A stretch of DNA of 64,000 nucleotides from an uncultured Candidatus Saccharibacteria bacterium (GCA_964566135.1 CAZMHM010000006.1:2973-66972), one strand, 5' to 3'. Shown: positions 1-9,640, counted from the first letter of the stretch. The notes: generated by a model from the sequence alone, not told the origin. Translations and numbers: made by a program.

Positions 1-36
1 TATTTAGGTAAACATAAGCATAACGAAAAGACATTA

Positions 37-828
37 ATGCGAAAATTACTGATTGCGGGAAACTGGAAGATGAACCTCAACGTATCCGGGGCGAGCCTTT
101 TGGTACATCGCCTGCAAGAGCATATAAAGATTCATCGTGATATCGAAGTAGTATTGGCTCCACCTATGCTAGACTTGCAGCCAATTAGTTTGCAGATTGA
201 CAGGCGCAAGTTTAAGTTAGCTGCCCAAAATGCCTATCACAAAGATGAAGGTGCGTTTACCGGGGAAGTGTCGTTCACGATGCTACACGATATTGTGCAC
301 TATGCGCTTATTGGCCATTCAGAACGTCGTCATATTTTTAACGAATCACTCGAGGAAGTACGAGCTAAAGTCGCAGCATCTTTCCGCAATAATATCGTGC
401 CAATTTTGTGTGTTGGCGAAACGAAAACAGAACGGCTTGATGGCCAGATGAATCAGGTCTTACATGACCAAGTAGTCACTGCACTTGCTAATGTTACAGA
501 TACAGAAGTAGAGCAATTAGTCGTAGCCTATGAGCCAGTGTGGGCAATCGGTAGTGGTGATGTTGCCACACCTGACCAAGCAGATGCGGCCGCAACGGTT
601 ATTCGTCACAATATTGCGGAATTATATGGAAAGCACGTTGCCGAAAAAGTACGAGTTTTGTACGGTGGAAGTGTTACCGCTGACGTTGCAGGCGGTTTTT
701 TGCGAGCCAAAGGCATTGATGGCCTGCTTGTTGGTGGCGCTAGCCTCAATTATCGCCAATTTAGCGATATTGTAGATGCAGCCTATCGCGTACAACATGG
801 CGTGACACACGAAAGGGATAGAAAATAA
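37..828 (+). CDS. tpiA: triosephosphate isomerase
   Basis: 263-aa ORF with AGNWKMN N-terminus, GHSERR and YEPVWAIGSG motifs characteristic of TIM. Confidence 0.95.
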   Translation: MRKLLIAGNWKMNLNVSGASLLVHRLQEHIKIHRDIEVVLAPPMLDLQPISLQIDRRKFKLAAQNAYHKDEGAFTGEVSFTMLHDIVHYALIGHSERRHIFNESLEEVRAKVAASFRNNIVPILCVGETKTERLDGQMNQVLHDQVVTALANVTDTEVEQLVVAYEPVWAIGSGDVATPDQADAAATVIRHNIAELYGKHVAEKVRVLYGGSVTADVAGGFLRAKGIDGLLVGGASLNYRQFSDIVDAAYRVQHGVTHERDRK

Positions 829-1512
829 ATGGACGCCAAAGACGTAAAGAAGAAATTTTTTGATGTAACCCCTCCGTCATCGAGCAAGGGCGCACCAGCC
901 CTTAAGACGAAAAGTCGCCAAGTAATGGTCAAGACCGAAGACGAACCAAAATTAGAAGATCCATTACTAGCTCCATCCGATGGTAGCTCTGAATCTGCAC
1001 ATGGCGAACTTGTACTAAAGGTACCCGAACAGGTTATTGAACCACCAGTAGAAGTTGCTACTGAGCCCAAAGAGGAACCTACAGCAATCGAATTACCTCC
1101 TTCGCCAATCTCCGAGGAGCCAAAAGAGCCAGTTGAAGAAAAGCCTGCGCTTGCGGTGCCACCGCCAGAGCATGATATGCCTGCCGTAAACCCGTTGCCC
1201 GAAACAACTCCCGAAGAGCCAGCAGAAGAAGCTGAAGCCGAAAAAGAACAAGCCGAAGCAGATAAAGACGTTGCGGCACCAGAACCATTTGCCGCTACCG
1301 ATGCACTGCCTGACAGTAGTACGCTTGCGGCAAACGAAGCAAAAGACGGCATGCAAGATCCAAAATTATATGATACTAAGGCGTACCATGTGCCAATAAA
1401 AGAAACGCATCATGGTCACGGCAGCGCAAAGGCAGCTTTTGCATTTGGTATAGTTTGTGCGGTCGGAGCAGTTGCTGGCGCTGTCTATTTTATGGCCAAG
1501 CTTGGGTCCTAG
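829..1512 (+). CDS. Pro/Glu/Ala-rich acidic protein with a single C-terminal transmembrane helix (hypothetical)
   Basis: ATG directly follows the tpiA stop (TAAATG). Low-complexity acidic body and a C-terminal hydrophobic helix FAFGIVCAVGAVAGAVYFMA. No family recognised. Confidence 0.6.
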   Translation: MDAKDVKKKFFDVTPPSSSKGAPALKTKSRQVMVKTEDEPKLEDPLLAPSDGSSESAHGELVLKVPEQVIEPPVEVATEPKEEPTAIELPPSPISEEPKEPVEEKPALAVPPPEHDMPAVNPLPETTPEEPAEEAEAEKEQAEADKDVAAPEPFAATDALPDSSTLAANEAKDGMQDPKLYDTKAYHVPIKETHHGHGSAKAAFAFGIVCAVGAVAGAVYFMAKLGS

Positions 1513-1561
1513 TCAGTAATCTACAACGTTTTTACACAGCCTAAACTGTTAAACTATATAG

Positions 1562-3700
1562 GTGCATAGAGATTTACTTGAAGGTTTAAACCCAGAACAA
1601 CAAAAAGCAGTACAAACAACCGAAGGCCCACTTCTGATTCTTGCTGGCGCCGGTAGCGGTAAAACTAAAACGCTCACACATCGTGTCGCTTACATTATTG
1701 ATAAGCACTTAGCCAATTCTGCGCAAATATTGGCAGTAACGTTTACTAACAAAGCTGCTCGAGAAATGCGCGAACGCGTTGCTGATTTATTGCAAGATAA
1801 TGCTGATCATCGTGGTTTTATGCCCTATATGGGAACGTTCCACAGTATTTGTGTACGATTATTGCGCCAGGACGGCGAATACATTGGGATGGCAAAGAAT
1901 TTTGTTATTTTTGACGAATCCGATAGACAAGCGCTTATTAAGCAACTTTCGAAGCAACTGATGGTAGACGAAAAGCAACATCCAGCACGTGGGCTTGCAA
2001 GTATTATTAGTGGTGCAAAGAACGAGCTTGTATCGCCAGCAGAATTTGATGGCACGGCAACGACGCCAATGCAAAAGATTGCAGCAAGGATTTTCCCACT
2101 ATACGAAAAAGAGCTACGCAACCAAGGCGCACTAGATTTTGATGATTTAATCGGACGTGCAGTTAGTTTACTGCAGAATCACCCTGAAATTTGCAATAAA
2201 TGGCGCGCGCAATTCAGATATATTTTAATTGATGAATATCAAGACACGAATGCTGCACAGTATAAGCTAATTAAATTGCTCACAAGTGAATCGCAAAATA
2301 TTTGTGTAGTTGGCGACGACTGGCAAAGTATTTATAGTTGGCGTGGTGCTGATTTTAGGAATATCTTAAATTTTGAACGTGATTATCCTAAAAGTACCAT
2401 TATTAAATTAGAACAAAATTACCGCAGCACAAAGCATATCTTAGACGCAGCACATGCTGTTATTAGCAAAAATAAGCAACGGTCTGATAAAAAATTATGG
2501 ACAGCTGCCGGGCCTGGGCAACCTGTGCAAATGGTGCCCGTATTAAACGAGCGAGCAGAGGGCGAAGCGATTATTCGCCGTATCCAAACATACGTTGATA
2601 TGCGCATTCGTAACTACAATGATTTTGCAATTTTGTATCGAACGAATGCCCAGAGCCGAAGCCTCGAAGAACAGTTTGTTCGCTATGGTATCCCGTATAA
2701 AATTGTTGGTGGTGTACGGTTTTACGACAGGGCAGAGATTAAAGATATTTTGGCTTACTTGCGCCTGATTTATCAGCCAGAAGATTTAGTAAGTTTTACA
2801 CGTATCGTTAACACGCCAACGCGCGGTGTCGGAGCCAAATCGATACAGAATTTTCTCGATTGGCGTCTGCAAGAAGGCTTCGGCTTGGACGAGGCCCTTG
2901 CAAACGTAGCAACCGCACCCTTGACCGCTAAGGCACGGCTGGCGATTGGCGATTTTGCCGATGTCATTACATCATTCAGGGCAGCCAGCGAAGAAATGCC
3001 CGTAGCCAATTTACTTGAGAAATTAATTAGTCGCATTGGGTATTTAAAGCATCTCGACGATGGCTCTGTGCAGGCAGAGGCGCGGCAAGAAAACGTCAAA
3101 GAATTATTAAGCGTGGCTAAGGCATATAGTGAAGTTGGGTTGAGTAGCTTCTTAGAAGAAATTGCGCTTGTGAGCGATCTTGATGGCATGCGTGATGATC
3201 AAAATTCGGTCACCTTAATGACGATGCATGCCGCAAAAGGTCTTGAGTTCCCAGTCGTGTTTATCCCAGGGCTCGAAGAAAGTATATTCCCACATAGTAG
3301 GGCGTTATTTGATCAGTTTGAGATGGAAGAAGAGCGTCGGCTTTGCTACGTCGCTATGACTCGAGCACGCGAAGAGTTATATATGCTATATGCAGATAGC
3401 CGCATTTTGTATGGGGGCATTCAGCATAATCCGCCCTCAAGGTTTTTGAGTGAAATAGACGGCCAGTTCCAGGCACATGCATCGCCACTACCAGGCGCAG
3501 CCTTTAATGCTAATCCTGGCGCAACCATTGATAACGAGCCACGATACGTTGCAGACTTAGTCGAGGGCGATACGGTCCGACATCAACTATTTGGTATCGG
3601 TACTGTTATGGAAGTCGATGGCGATAATGTCGCAGTTTACTTTAAAGGCAAGGGTGCAAAGAAACTCAATGTGTCATTTGCCCCACTAGAAAAAATGTAA
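1562..3700 (+). CDS. pcrA: ATP-dependent DNA helicase, UvrD/PcrA family
   Basis: GTG start. Walker A AGAGSGKT, DEYQDT, TMHAAKGLEF and VAMTRAR helicase motifs. C-terminal Tudor-like tail (FGIGTVMEVDGDNVAVYF). Confidence 0.93.
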   Translation: MHRDLLEGLNPEQQKAVQTTEGPLLILAGAGSGKTKTLTHRVAYIIDKHLANSAQILAVTFTNKAAREMRERVADLLQDNADHRGFMPYMGTFHSICVRLLRQDGEYIGMAKNFVIFDESDRQALIKQLSKQLMVDEKQHPARGLASIISGAKNELVSPAEFDGTATTPMQKIAARIFPLYEKELRNQGALDFDDLIGRAVSLLQNHPEICNKWRAQFRYILIDEYQDTNAAQYKLIKLLTSESQNICVVGDDWQSIYSWRGADFRNILNFERDYPKSTIIKLEQNYRSTKHILDAAHAVISKNKQRSDKKLWTAAGPGQPVQMVPVLNERAEGEAIIRRIQTYVDMRIRNYNDFAILYRTNAQSRSLEEQFVRYGIPYKIVGGVRFYDRAEIKDILAYLRLIYQPEDLVSFTRIVNTPTRGVGAKSIQNFLDWRLQEGFGLDEALANVATAPLTAKARLAIGDFADVITSFRAASEEMPVANLLEKLISRIGYLKHLDDGSVQAEARQENVKELLSVAKAYSEVGLSSFLEEIALVSDLDGMRDDQNSVTLMTMHAAKGLEFPVVFIPGLEESIFPHSRALFDQFEMEEERRLCYVAMTRAREELYMLYADSRILYGGIQHNPPSRFLSEIDGQFQAHASPLPGAAFNANPGATIDNEPRYVADLVEGDTVRHQLFGIGTVMEVDGDNVAVYFKGKGAKKLNVSFAPLEKM

Positions 3701-3711
3701 GGTATGCCTGC

Positions 3712-4173
3712 ATGAAGCCACCAGCATTTCTAGGAAGAGTAGTATATTTTTTTGGATATCCCATTTTTCGACTGCTGATTAGAGATACGACTAGAGCGTA
3801 TGTAGCAGTGGTGTTTGATGAAAAAATACTGCTCACAAAAAATTGGTTGGGCTTTCAAAAAAAATGGCGCTTGCCTGGCGGTGGCGTGCATGCCGGCGAG
3901 GATGCAACTACAGCAGCTGTGCGCGAACTTGGCGAAGAGCTCGGCATTGCTGTTATCGAGGCGAAGCTACAGCCCCTTAGCCAGGGGCAGCTAAAGGCAC
4001 GTTTTGGGTATGACTATCATTTATTTGTATACAATGCAGACGGTAGCGAGCAAATTACAATCGACGAACGTGAAATTTTAGCTGCAGAATATATACCAAA
4101 AAACCAACTTTCATCGCATGTTCTCGGGGAAGAAACAGCGCAAGCCATCACCCTTTTGGGTTGGTTTGCGTAG
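3712..4173 (+). CDS. NUDIX hydrolase
   Basis: Nudix box GGGVHAGEDATTAAVRELGEELGI in a 153-aa ORF. Confidence 0.85.
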   Translation: MKPPAFLGRVVYFFGYPIFRLLIRDTTRAYVAVVFDEKILLTKNWLGFQKKWRLPGGGVHAGEDATTAAVRELGEELGIAVIEAKLQPLSQGQLKARFGYDYHLFVYNADGSEQITIDEREILAAEYIPKNQLSSHVLGEETAQAITLLGWFA

Positions 4174-4287
4174 GCAAATTTGCTATACTAAATAAGACCA
4201 TTTTTTGGTTTAGGGAACTTAACAGATAAGCTGCTGCGGACTATTACCAAGCTTATCGATATCTGTTTTCTAACGCATTGGTTTTTC

Positions 4288-5502
4288 ATGAGTATTTCAA
4301 AAGATACAATTCATAATTTATTGCACGCCCATGGGTTTGCTTTTGGCGTTTTTGTAACGTTATTTGCATTCTTTTTCTTTGCGGGTGGTTTAGTCGTGGC
4401 TAATGGTCAAACACTAGGGCCAAATGATAGCCACCTTGTTAATTTGTATGTTGATGGCCAAGAGACACCCTTACCAACACGCGCAGCTACCGTCGGTGAT
4501 TTTCTTACTAAAGCACAGGTAAAACTTAACGAAGGCGACTTAGTTGAGCCAGCGGCAGACACAACGATTGAGCAAGATAATTTTAGAGTGCAAGTATATC
4601 GTGCTCGCCCGGTAACAATTGTCGATGGCAATACCGTAAAGCGAGTGTTGACGCCACACAACAGCTCAAGGCTTATTGTCGAGAAGGCCGGTTTTACGGT
4701 ATACCCCGAAGACACGCTAACGCTAACCACTGCTGATAATTTTGTACAAGATACGATTTTAGGCGAGAAGCTAACGATTGATAGAGCAACACCAGTTTCG
4801 ATTAGTCTGTATGGTGCAGCAGCTGCTACGTATCGCACGCATGCAAACACGGTTGGCGAGTTGCTAAGCGAAAAGGGCATTACACCAGAAAAGGGTGCCA
4901 CAGTTACGCCCGGTGTCGATACAGCGCTAACCCCAAACATGGCGGTATTTGTATCTAAGTTTGGTAAGTCTGTTATTACGGTTGATGAATCAATTGCATT
5001 TGATATCGAATCTTCATCTGACCCGAACAAAACAATTGGTACTACAACAATCATTACCCCAGGCGTAGCGGGCAAGAAGCAAGTTATTTACGAACTAGCG
5101 CTGCGTGATGGTAAAGAAGTCGGCCGTACGAAGATTCAGGAAGTCGTCGTTTCGCAACCCGTAAAACAAGTGCAAACTAAGGGCACAAAGACGCCACCCG
5201 TTGTAGCTGGTGACAAAACGTCATGGATGCAAGCTGCCGGAATCGCAGAAAGTGATTATTTTTACGTTGATTATATTGTCGGCCACGAGGGTGGCTGGAA
5301 CGGCACAACGAAATGGAATCGTGCTGGTAGCGGTGCCTATGGTATCTGCCAGGCCTTGCCTGCGACCAAGATGGCCAGTGCTGGTGCCGATTACATGACT
5401 AATCCAGTCACGCAACTTAAGTGGTGTACAGGGTATGCAGTTGGCCGTTATGGTAGCTGGGCAGGTGCGTACCAAGCATGGATTCGACAAAACTGGTGGT
5501 AG
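4288..5502 (+). CDS. membrane-anchored DUF348/G5-domain protein with C-terminal lysozyme-like (IsaA/Apf-type) domain, RpfB/YabE-like
   Basis: N-terminal TM helix and repeated DUF348-like segments. G5-like segment (TTIITPGVAGKKQVIYE). C-terminal GHEGGWN...GAYGICQ...RYGSWAGAYQAWIRQNWW resembles the transglycosylase-like domains of Gram-positive secreted proteins. Sits immediately upstream of rsmA, as rpfB/yabE do. Confidence 0.8.
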   Translation: MSISKDTIHNLLHAHGFAFGVFVTLFAFFFFAGGLVVANGQTLGPNDSHLVNLYVDGQETPLPTRAATVGDFLTKAQVKLNEGDLVEPAADTTIEQDNFRVQVYRARPVTIVDGNTVKRVLTPHNSSRLIVEKAGFTVYPEDTLTLTTADNFVQDTILGEKLTIDRATPVSISLYGAAAATYRTHANTVGELLSEKGITPEKGATVTPGVDTALTPNMAVFVSKFGKSVITVDESIAFDIESSSDPNKTIGTTTIITPGVAGKKQVIYELALRDGKEVGRTKIQEVVVSQPVKQVQTKGTKTPPVVAGDKTSWMQAAGIAESDYFYVDYIVGHEGGWNGTTKWNRAGSGAYGICQALPATKMASAGADYMTNPVTQLKWCTGYAVGRYGSWAGAYQAWIRQNWW

Positions 5503-5508
5503 TACCAG

Positions 5509-6315
5509 GTGCTACCAATGAGTGATCCTACACCCAAAAAACAACTCGGACAGCATTGGTTACATGACACTGAAAGTTTAGTAGCTATGCTCACTTTGGC
5601 GGATGTCACAAGTGATGATTATGTTGTCGAGGTTGGCCCTGGGCTTGGCACGCTCACGCAACATCTACTGGATTCTGGCGCAACAGTGCACGCTATCGAG
5701 TTTGATGTACTATTGGCCGCCACGCTCGAGCATCGCCTAAAGTTTGATAAGACGAAACTTATCATTTCACAAGCCGACATTATGCAGTTTAATTTTTCAG
5801 AGCTACCAACTGGGTACAAAGTAGTCGCTAATATCCCGTATTATTTAACGTCTGGGCTTTTACGATTATTGTCCGAAGCAAAAAATCCTCCGGCAGTTGC
5901 CACGCTCCTTGTGCAAAAAGAAGTTGCCGAGCGTGTCTGCGCGCAACCGGGTGAGACATCACTATTAAGTATCACAACGCAGATGTTTTTTGAAACGAGC
6001 CTAGGGCCCGTTGTCAGTGCAGAGTTATTTACACCACCGCCAAAAGTAGATTCCCAAATACTAATCTTAAAACGTCGCCCGCAACCTTTGTTTGGTAGCC
6101 TCGACGAAAAAAAACTATTTAGGGTGGTGAAGGCGGGTTTTAGTGAGCGTCGCAAGAAGTTACGCAGTAGTCTCAGTGGCGGGTTGAGTATTGCAAAAGA
6201 TACAGCAGATGAGTTACTCGCTGCCGCCGGTATTAACGGCGACTTACGGGCGCAAAATCTATCACTCGATGAATGGCTACAACTGGCAAAAGCTTGGCAG
6301 AAGCTCGCTGGCTAG
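5509..6315 (+). CDS. rsmA: 16S rRNA (adenine1518/1519-N6)-dimethyltransferase
   Basis: KKQLGQHWL N-terminus, SAM-binding VVEVGPGLGTLT and VANIPYY motif. GTG start at 5509; an alternative ATG lies at 5518. Confidence 0.92.
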   Translation: MLPMSDPTPKKQLGQHWLHDTESLVAMLTLADVTSDDYVVEVGPGLGTLTQHLLDSGATVHAIEFDVLLAATLEHRLKFDKTKLIISQADIMQFNFSELPTGYKVVANIPYYLTSGLLRLLSEAKNPPAVATLLVQKEVAERVCAQPGETSLLSITTQMFFETSLGPVVSAELFTPPPKVDSQILILKRRPQPLFGSLDEKKLFRVVKAGFSERRKKLRSSLSGGLSIAKDTADELLAAAGINGDLRAQNLSLDEWLQLAKAWQKLAG

Positions 6316-6354
6316 CCATACTTAAGTATATTAACTAATAGACAGAAATTACCC

Positions 6355-7644
6355 ATGGATAGAATAAGAAACCATTTTAAAGGCAACGCTCTTGTAGCGG
6401 TGTTCTTAACGATATTTATTGATCTGCTTGGTGTTGGTATTCTGATTCCAGTATTTCCGCAATTAGTTACACCATCATCACCAGATAGCATTTTGCCCGC
6501 CGGGTGGACGGTTGCTCAGGGCTTTATACTGCTCGGTTGGTTAAGCGCAGCATATCCGTTAGCGCAATTTTTTGCAGCACCAATTATGGGTCAGTTGGCC
6601 GACCGATACGGCCGTAAACCCGTGCTCGCAATTTCAATTTTCGGTACAGCACTTGGCTATGCACTATTTGCAATCGGCCTTATCACAAAAAATATCCCAT
6701 TATTATTTGCTTCACGTATTCTAGACGGTATTACAGGCGGTAATATTTCTGTTGCACAAGCAGCAATTGCCGATATTAGTACACCTAAAAATCGTGCGCG
6801 TAACTTTGGATTAGTTGGTATGGCGTTTGGCCTCGGCTTTATCTTAGGGCCATATATTGGTGGAAAATTAGCTGACCCAAGCGTTGTTAGCTGGTTTAGT
6901 GCTGCGACGCCATTTTGGTTTGCAGCAATACTTTCGCTAGTAAATGTCTTTGTAGTCTTGTTGCTACTACCAGAAACGCTCAAAGTTAAGATTAAAGAAC
7001 GTCTAGACTTAACGCGTCCGTTCCACAATATCGCTACAGCGTTTTCGCGCCCCGGCTTGCGGAGTGTTATGCCAACAAGCTTTTTGTTTACGGCTGGCTT
7101 TACATTCTTTACGACGTTTTTTGGGCTCGTGTTACTTAATAAGTTCGGCTTTACGTCGGGTAATATCGGTGATTACTTTGCTTATGTTGGGATTTGGATT
7201 GCGATTGTACAAGGTGGACTTATCGGCCCAATCTCAAAGAAATTTAAAGATTATCAAGTTATCAGGTTTAGCGTGTTCTTTACGGCACTTAGCTTGCTTG
7301 GGTACGCACTAATTCCGGCAGGCGAATACCGTTGGTTATTTTTAGTACCGCCGTTCATGGCCTTTGGTAATGGTTTAACAATGGCGTTTAGTAGTTCTTT
7401 GATTAGTCGTGTCACACCACGCGAGCTTCAGGGCGAAGCGTTGGGTATTAATTCGAGCGTAATGGCACTTGCGCAAAGCATTCCAGCAATCGCGAGTGGC
7501 TATGTAGCTTCAATTAACGATAATTTGCCAGTGATGGTTGGTAGTTTTGTGATTGCACTGGGCGGCATTGCCTTCTGGATTTTGTTTAAACCAGGCCGAG
7601 ACGATAAATTTGCTGCACCGAGTGGCGCAGAAACAGGAGCCTAA
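6355..7644 (+). CDS. MFS transporter (drug/H+ antiporter-like)
   Basis: About 12 predicted hydrophobic helices. MFS motif A GQLADRYGRKPVL. Confidence 0.9.
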   Translation: MDRIRNHFKGNALVAVFLTIFIDLLGVGILIPVFPQLVTPSSPDSILPAGWTVAQGFILLGWLSAAYPLAQFFAAPIMGQLADRYGRKPVLAISIFGTALGYALFAIGLITKNIPLLFASRILDGITGGNISVAQAAIADISTPKNRARNFGLVGMAFGLGFILGPYIGGKLADPSVVSWFSAATPFWFAAILSLVNVFVVLLLLPETLKVKIKERLDLTRPFHNIATAFSRPGLRSVMPTSFLFTAGFTFFTTFFGLVLLNKFGFTSGNIGDYFAYVGIWIAIVQGGLIGPISKKFKDYQVIRFSVFFTALSLLGYALIPAGEYRWLFLVPPFMAFGNGLTMAFSSSLISRVTPRELQGEALGINSSVMALAQSIPAIASGYVASINDNLPVMVGSFVIALGGIAFWILFKPGRDDKFAAPSGAETGA

Positions 7645-8412
7645 ATGTCTGATAGGGTTCTTATAACGGGAGCAAATGGCGGCATAGGCTCTGCTCTCGC
7701 CAAAGAGTTTGCCATGCACAGGCATAACTTAATTTTGACTGCTCGGCGCAAAGAATCATTAGACAACATTGTTGCAGCATGTCGCACGCTTGGTGTGTCT
7801 GTTGATGTGATTATTGTTGATTTAGCCGAATCAAATGGCCCGCAAAAAGTACTTGATGCCGTTACTAAACTCGGGCATCCCGTAAAGTATTTGGTAAACA
7901 ATGCTGGCTTCGCAACGTACGGCGATTTTGCCGCGGTGCCTGCAAAAGAATCAGACAACTTAATTGCTGTTAACATTTCTGCAGTCACCAAGCTCACCAA
8001 TTTGTTTTTGCCTCAAATCAGTAAGCAAAAAGGCGGTATATTAAATGTTGCTTCAACAGCAGCATTTCTGCCTGGTCCACTTATGGCAACGTACTATGCA
8101 TCTAAGGCATATGTGCTTAATTTCTCGTTAGGAATCCGCGAAGAACTCGCCGGTACTGTGCATGTATCAGTCTTATGCCCTGGCCCAACAAAAACAGGCT
8201 TTCAGCATCGTGCCGACATGGAACGCTCTAAGCTAATGCAGGGTAATCTAATGGATGCTCGTACGGTTGCAAAGGCGGCCTATAAAGGCTTTATGCACAA
8301 TAAGGCGATTATTACTCCTGGCACAAGCAACAAACTTACAACCGTCTTACCAAGACTCATTCCTAAGCCAATCACTGCTAAATTTGTTAAACGGGCACAG
8401 TCAGAAAACTAG
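7645..8412 (+). CDS. short-chain dehydrogenase/reductase (SDR)
   Basis: TGANGGIGSALA cofactor motif, NNAG, and catalytic YASKAY (YxxxK). Confidence 0.9.
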   Translation: MSDRVLITGANGGIGSALAKEFAMHRHNLILTARRKESLDNIVAACRTLGVSVDVIIVDLAESNGPQKVLDAVTKLGHPVKYLVNNAGFATYGDFAAVPAKESDNLIAVNISAVTKLTNLFLPQISKQKGGILNVASTAAFLPGPLMATYYASKAYVLNFSLGIREELAGTVHVSVLCPGPTKTGFQHRADMERSKLMQGNLMDARTVAKAAYKGFMHNKAIITPGTSNKLTTVLPRLIPKPITAKFVKRAQSEN

Positions 8413-8429
8413 CCAAAACAAAGAACTTA

Positions 8430-8438
8430 TGCTATAAT
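8430..8438 (+). promoter_or_regulatory. candidate extended -10 promoter element (TGcTATAAT) for ssrA
   Basis: Sequence tgctataat lies about 55 nt upstream of the tmRNA 5' end. No -35 evaluated. Confidence 0.35.
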
Positions 8439-8491
8439 AGCGATTGAGGCGTATTAAGTGCGTCTTATACTTCGCCAAAAAGCGATGATAT

Positions 8492-8873
8492 GGGGCTGAT
8501 TTTAGCTCGACAGTGGAATTAACAATCTGTAGTGCAAGCCGGTTACTCACCGTTATAGGGTAAACCGAATAGATGCAAAAACATCTGCTCGCGAAGCTGT
8601 AGCAAACTTGTTTGCTCGCAGTTTTGCACCTGCTTACGTTTAATTACCTAAGCGACCTTAGATTTCGATATCAGATAGAATTCTAAGGTCTTATATCATC
8701 TGATTGCCAAACCTAGTGCCACTTGAGCTATGTTTGTAAGACTTTCAAGTTGCCGGTAGTAAGGTTTTGTTTATTTAGCCCTTATTACTTTAAGAACTCT
8801 AAATAAAATATGCTTGTAGTACTATAGTGTCGTAAACTACTGGACCGGGGAGCATTACCCCGCAGCTCCACCA
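8492..8873 (+). ncRNA. ssrA: tmRNA (transfer-messenger RNA)
   Basis: 5' GGGGCUG pairs with 3' CAGCUCC, followed by ACCA. A T-arm-like stem CCGGGG/CCCCG lies just before the acceptor 3' strand. Internal tag ORF GCA(8575)...TAA(8643) would encode AKTSAREAVANLFARSFAPAYV. A terminator follows. Confidence 0.85.
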
Positions 8874-8878
8874 AAAAC

Positions 8879-8904
8879 GCATCAGAGAAATCTGGTGCTT
8901 TTTT
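8879..8904 (+). terminator. rho-independent terminator after ssrA
   Basis: 7-bp stem gcatcag/ctggtgc (one G-U) with a 6-nt loop, followed by TTTTTT. Confidence 0.75.
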
Positions 8905-8919
8905 ATTTGGTGCGACGGG

Positions 8920-8925
8920 TATAAT
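8920..8925 (+). promoter_or_regulatory. candidate -10 box (TATAAT) for the ABC transporter operon
   Basis: Perfect TATAAT 25 nt upstream of the GTG start. A GGGGG Shine-Dalgarno-like run at 8941-8945. Confidence 0.4.
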
Positions 8926-8950
8926 AATAGATGAACAATAGGGGGTTTAT

Positions 8951-9640
8951 GTGCTCGAATTGAAAGATGTTAGTAAGGTATACGGCAAAAAAGAGAATGC
9001 GTTTAGTGCACTCAAAAAAATTAGCTTAGATTTTAAGCCAGGCACTAGCAACGCTATTGTTGGCAAAAGTGGCTCAGGTAAAAGCACCTTGCTCCATATT
9101 TTGATTGGGCTCGATCATGCCACAACAGGCACAGTGTTGTTTGATGGCAAAAACATCCTTAAAGATGTAGACACCGATACATGGCGCGGGCAAAACGTAG
9201 GTATTATTTTTCAGCAGTTCTTTTTGCAACCAAATGATTCTGTGCTCGAAAATGTTGCGTTACCGCTAAAGATTCAGGGTGCAAAAAAGAAAGCACGACT
9301 GGCTAAAGCCCAAAAAGCGCTCGAGCAAGTTGGTCTAAAAGATAGGGCTAAAAGCAAAGCAAACGATTTATCTGGTGGGCAAAAACAACGTGTCGCAATT
9401 GCACGGGCATTAGTTGATAACCCAAGCATTCTTATTGCCGACGAACCGACAGGTAACTTGGATAGCGAAAACGGCGCAGTCATAGAAAAGTTATTGTTTG
9501 ATTTAAACAAACAACTTGGCACAACGCTTATTATTGTGACTCACGACGAAGACTTGGCGCGGAAGTGCCAGCGGGTTGTGTACTTAAAGGACGGTAATAT
9601 CGAAAAAGACACGGCCAAAAAAGCGAAAGGAGCAAAATAA
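8951..9640 (+). CDS. ABC transporter ATP-binding protein (MacB/LolD-like)
   Basis: Walker A GKSGSGKST, signature LSGGQKQRVAIARAL, Walker B LIADEPTGNLD, H-loop VTHD. Confidence 0.93.
   Translation: MLELKDVSKVYGKKENAFSALKKISLDFKPGTSNAIVGKSGSGKSTLLHILIGLDHATTGTVLFDGKNILKDVDTDTWRGQNVGIIFQQFFLQPNDSVLENVALPLKIQGAKKKARLAKAQKALEQVGLKDRAKSKANDLSGGQKQRVAIARALVDNPSILIADEPTGNLDSENGAVIEKLLFDLNKQLGTTLIIVTHDEDLARKCQRVVYLKDGNIEKDTAKKAKGAK

Noticed and set aside
783-1352. Long antisense ORFs in the six-frame track (for example 783-1352 minus, 4407-5075 minus, 29745-30362 minus, 33231-33689 minus, 47436-47954 minus, 50723-51508 minus, 54974-55543 minus)
   Set aside because: Each lies entirely opposite a gene with strong family motifs or a clear secreted-protein architecture. 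Their translations are low-complexity Ser/Ala/Thr/Val strings typical of shadow ORFs, with no start context or motif.
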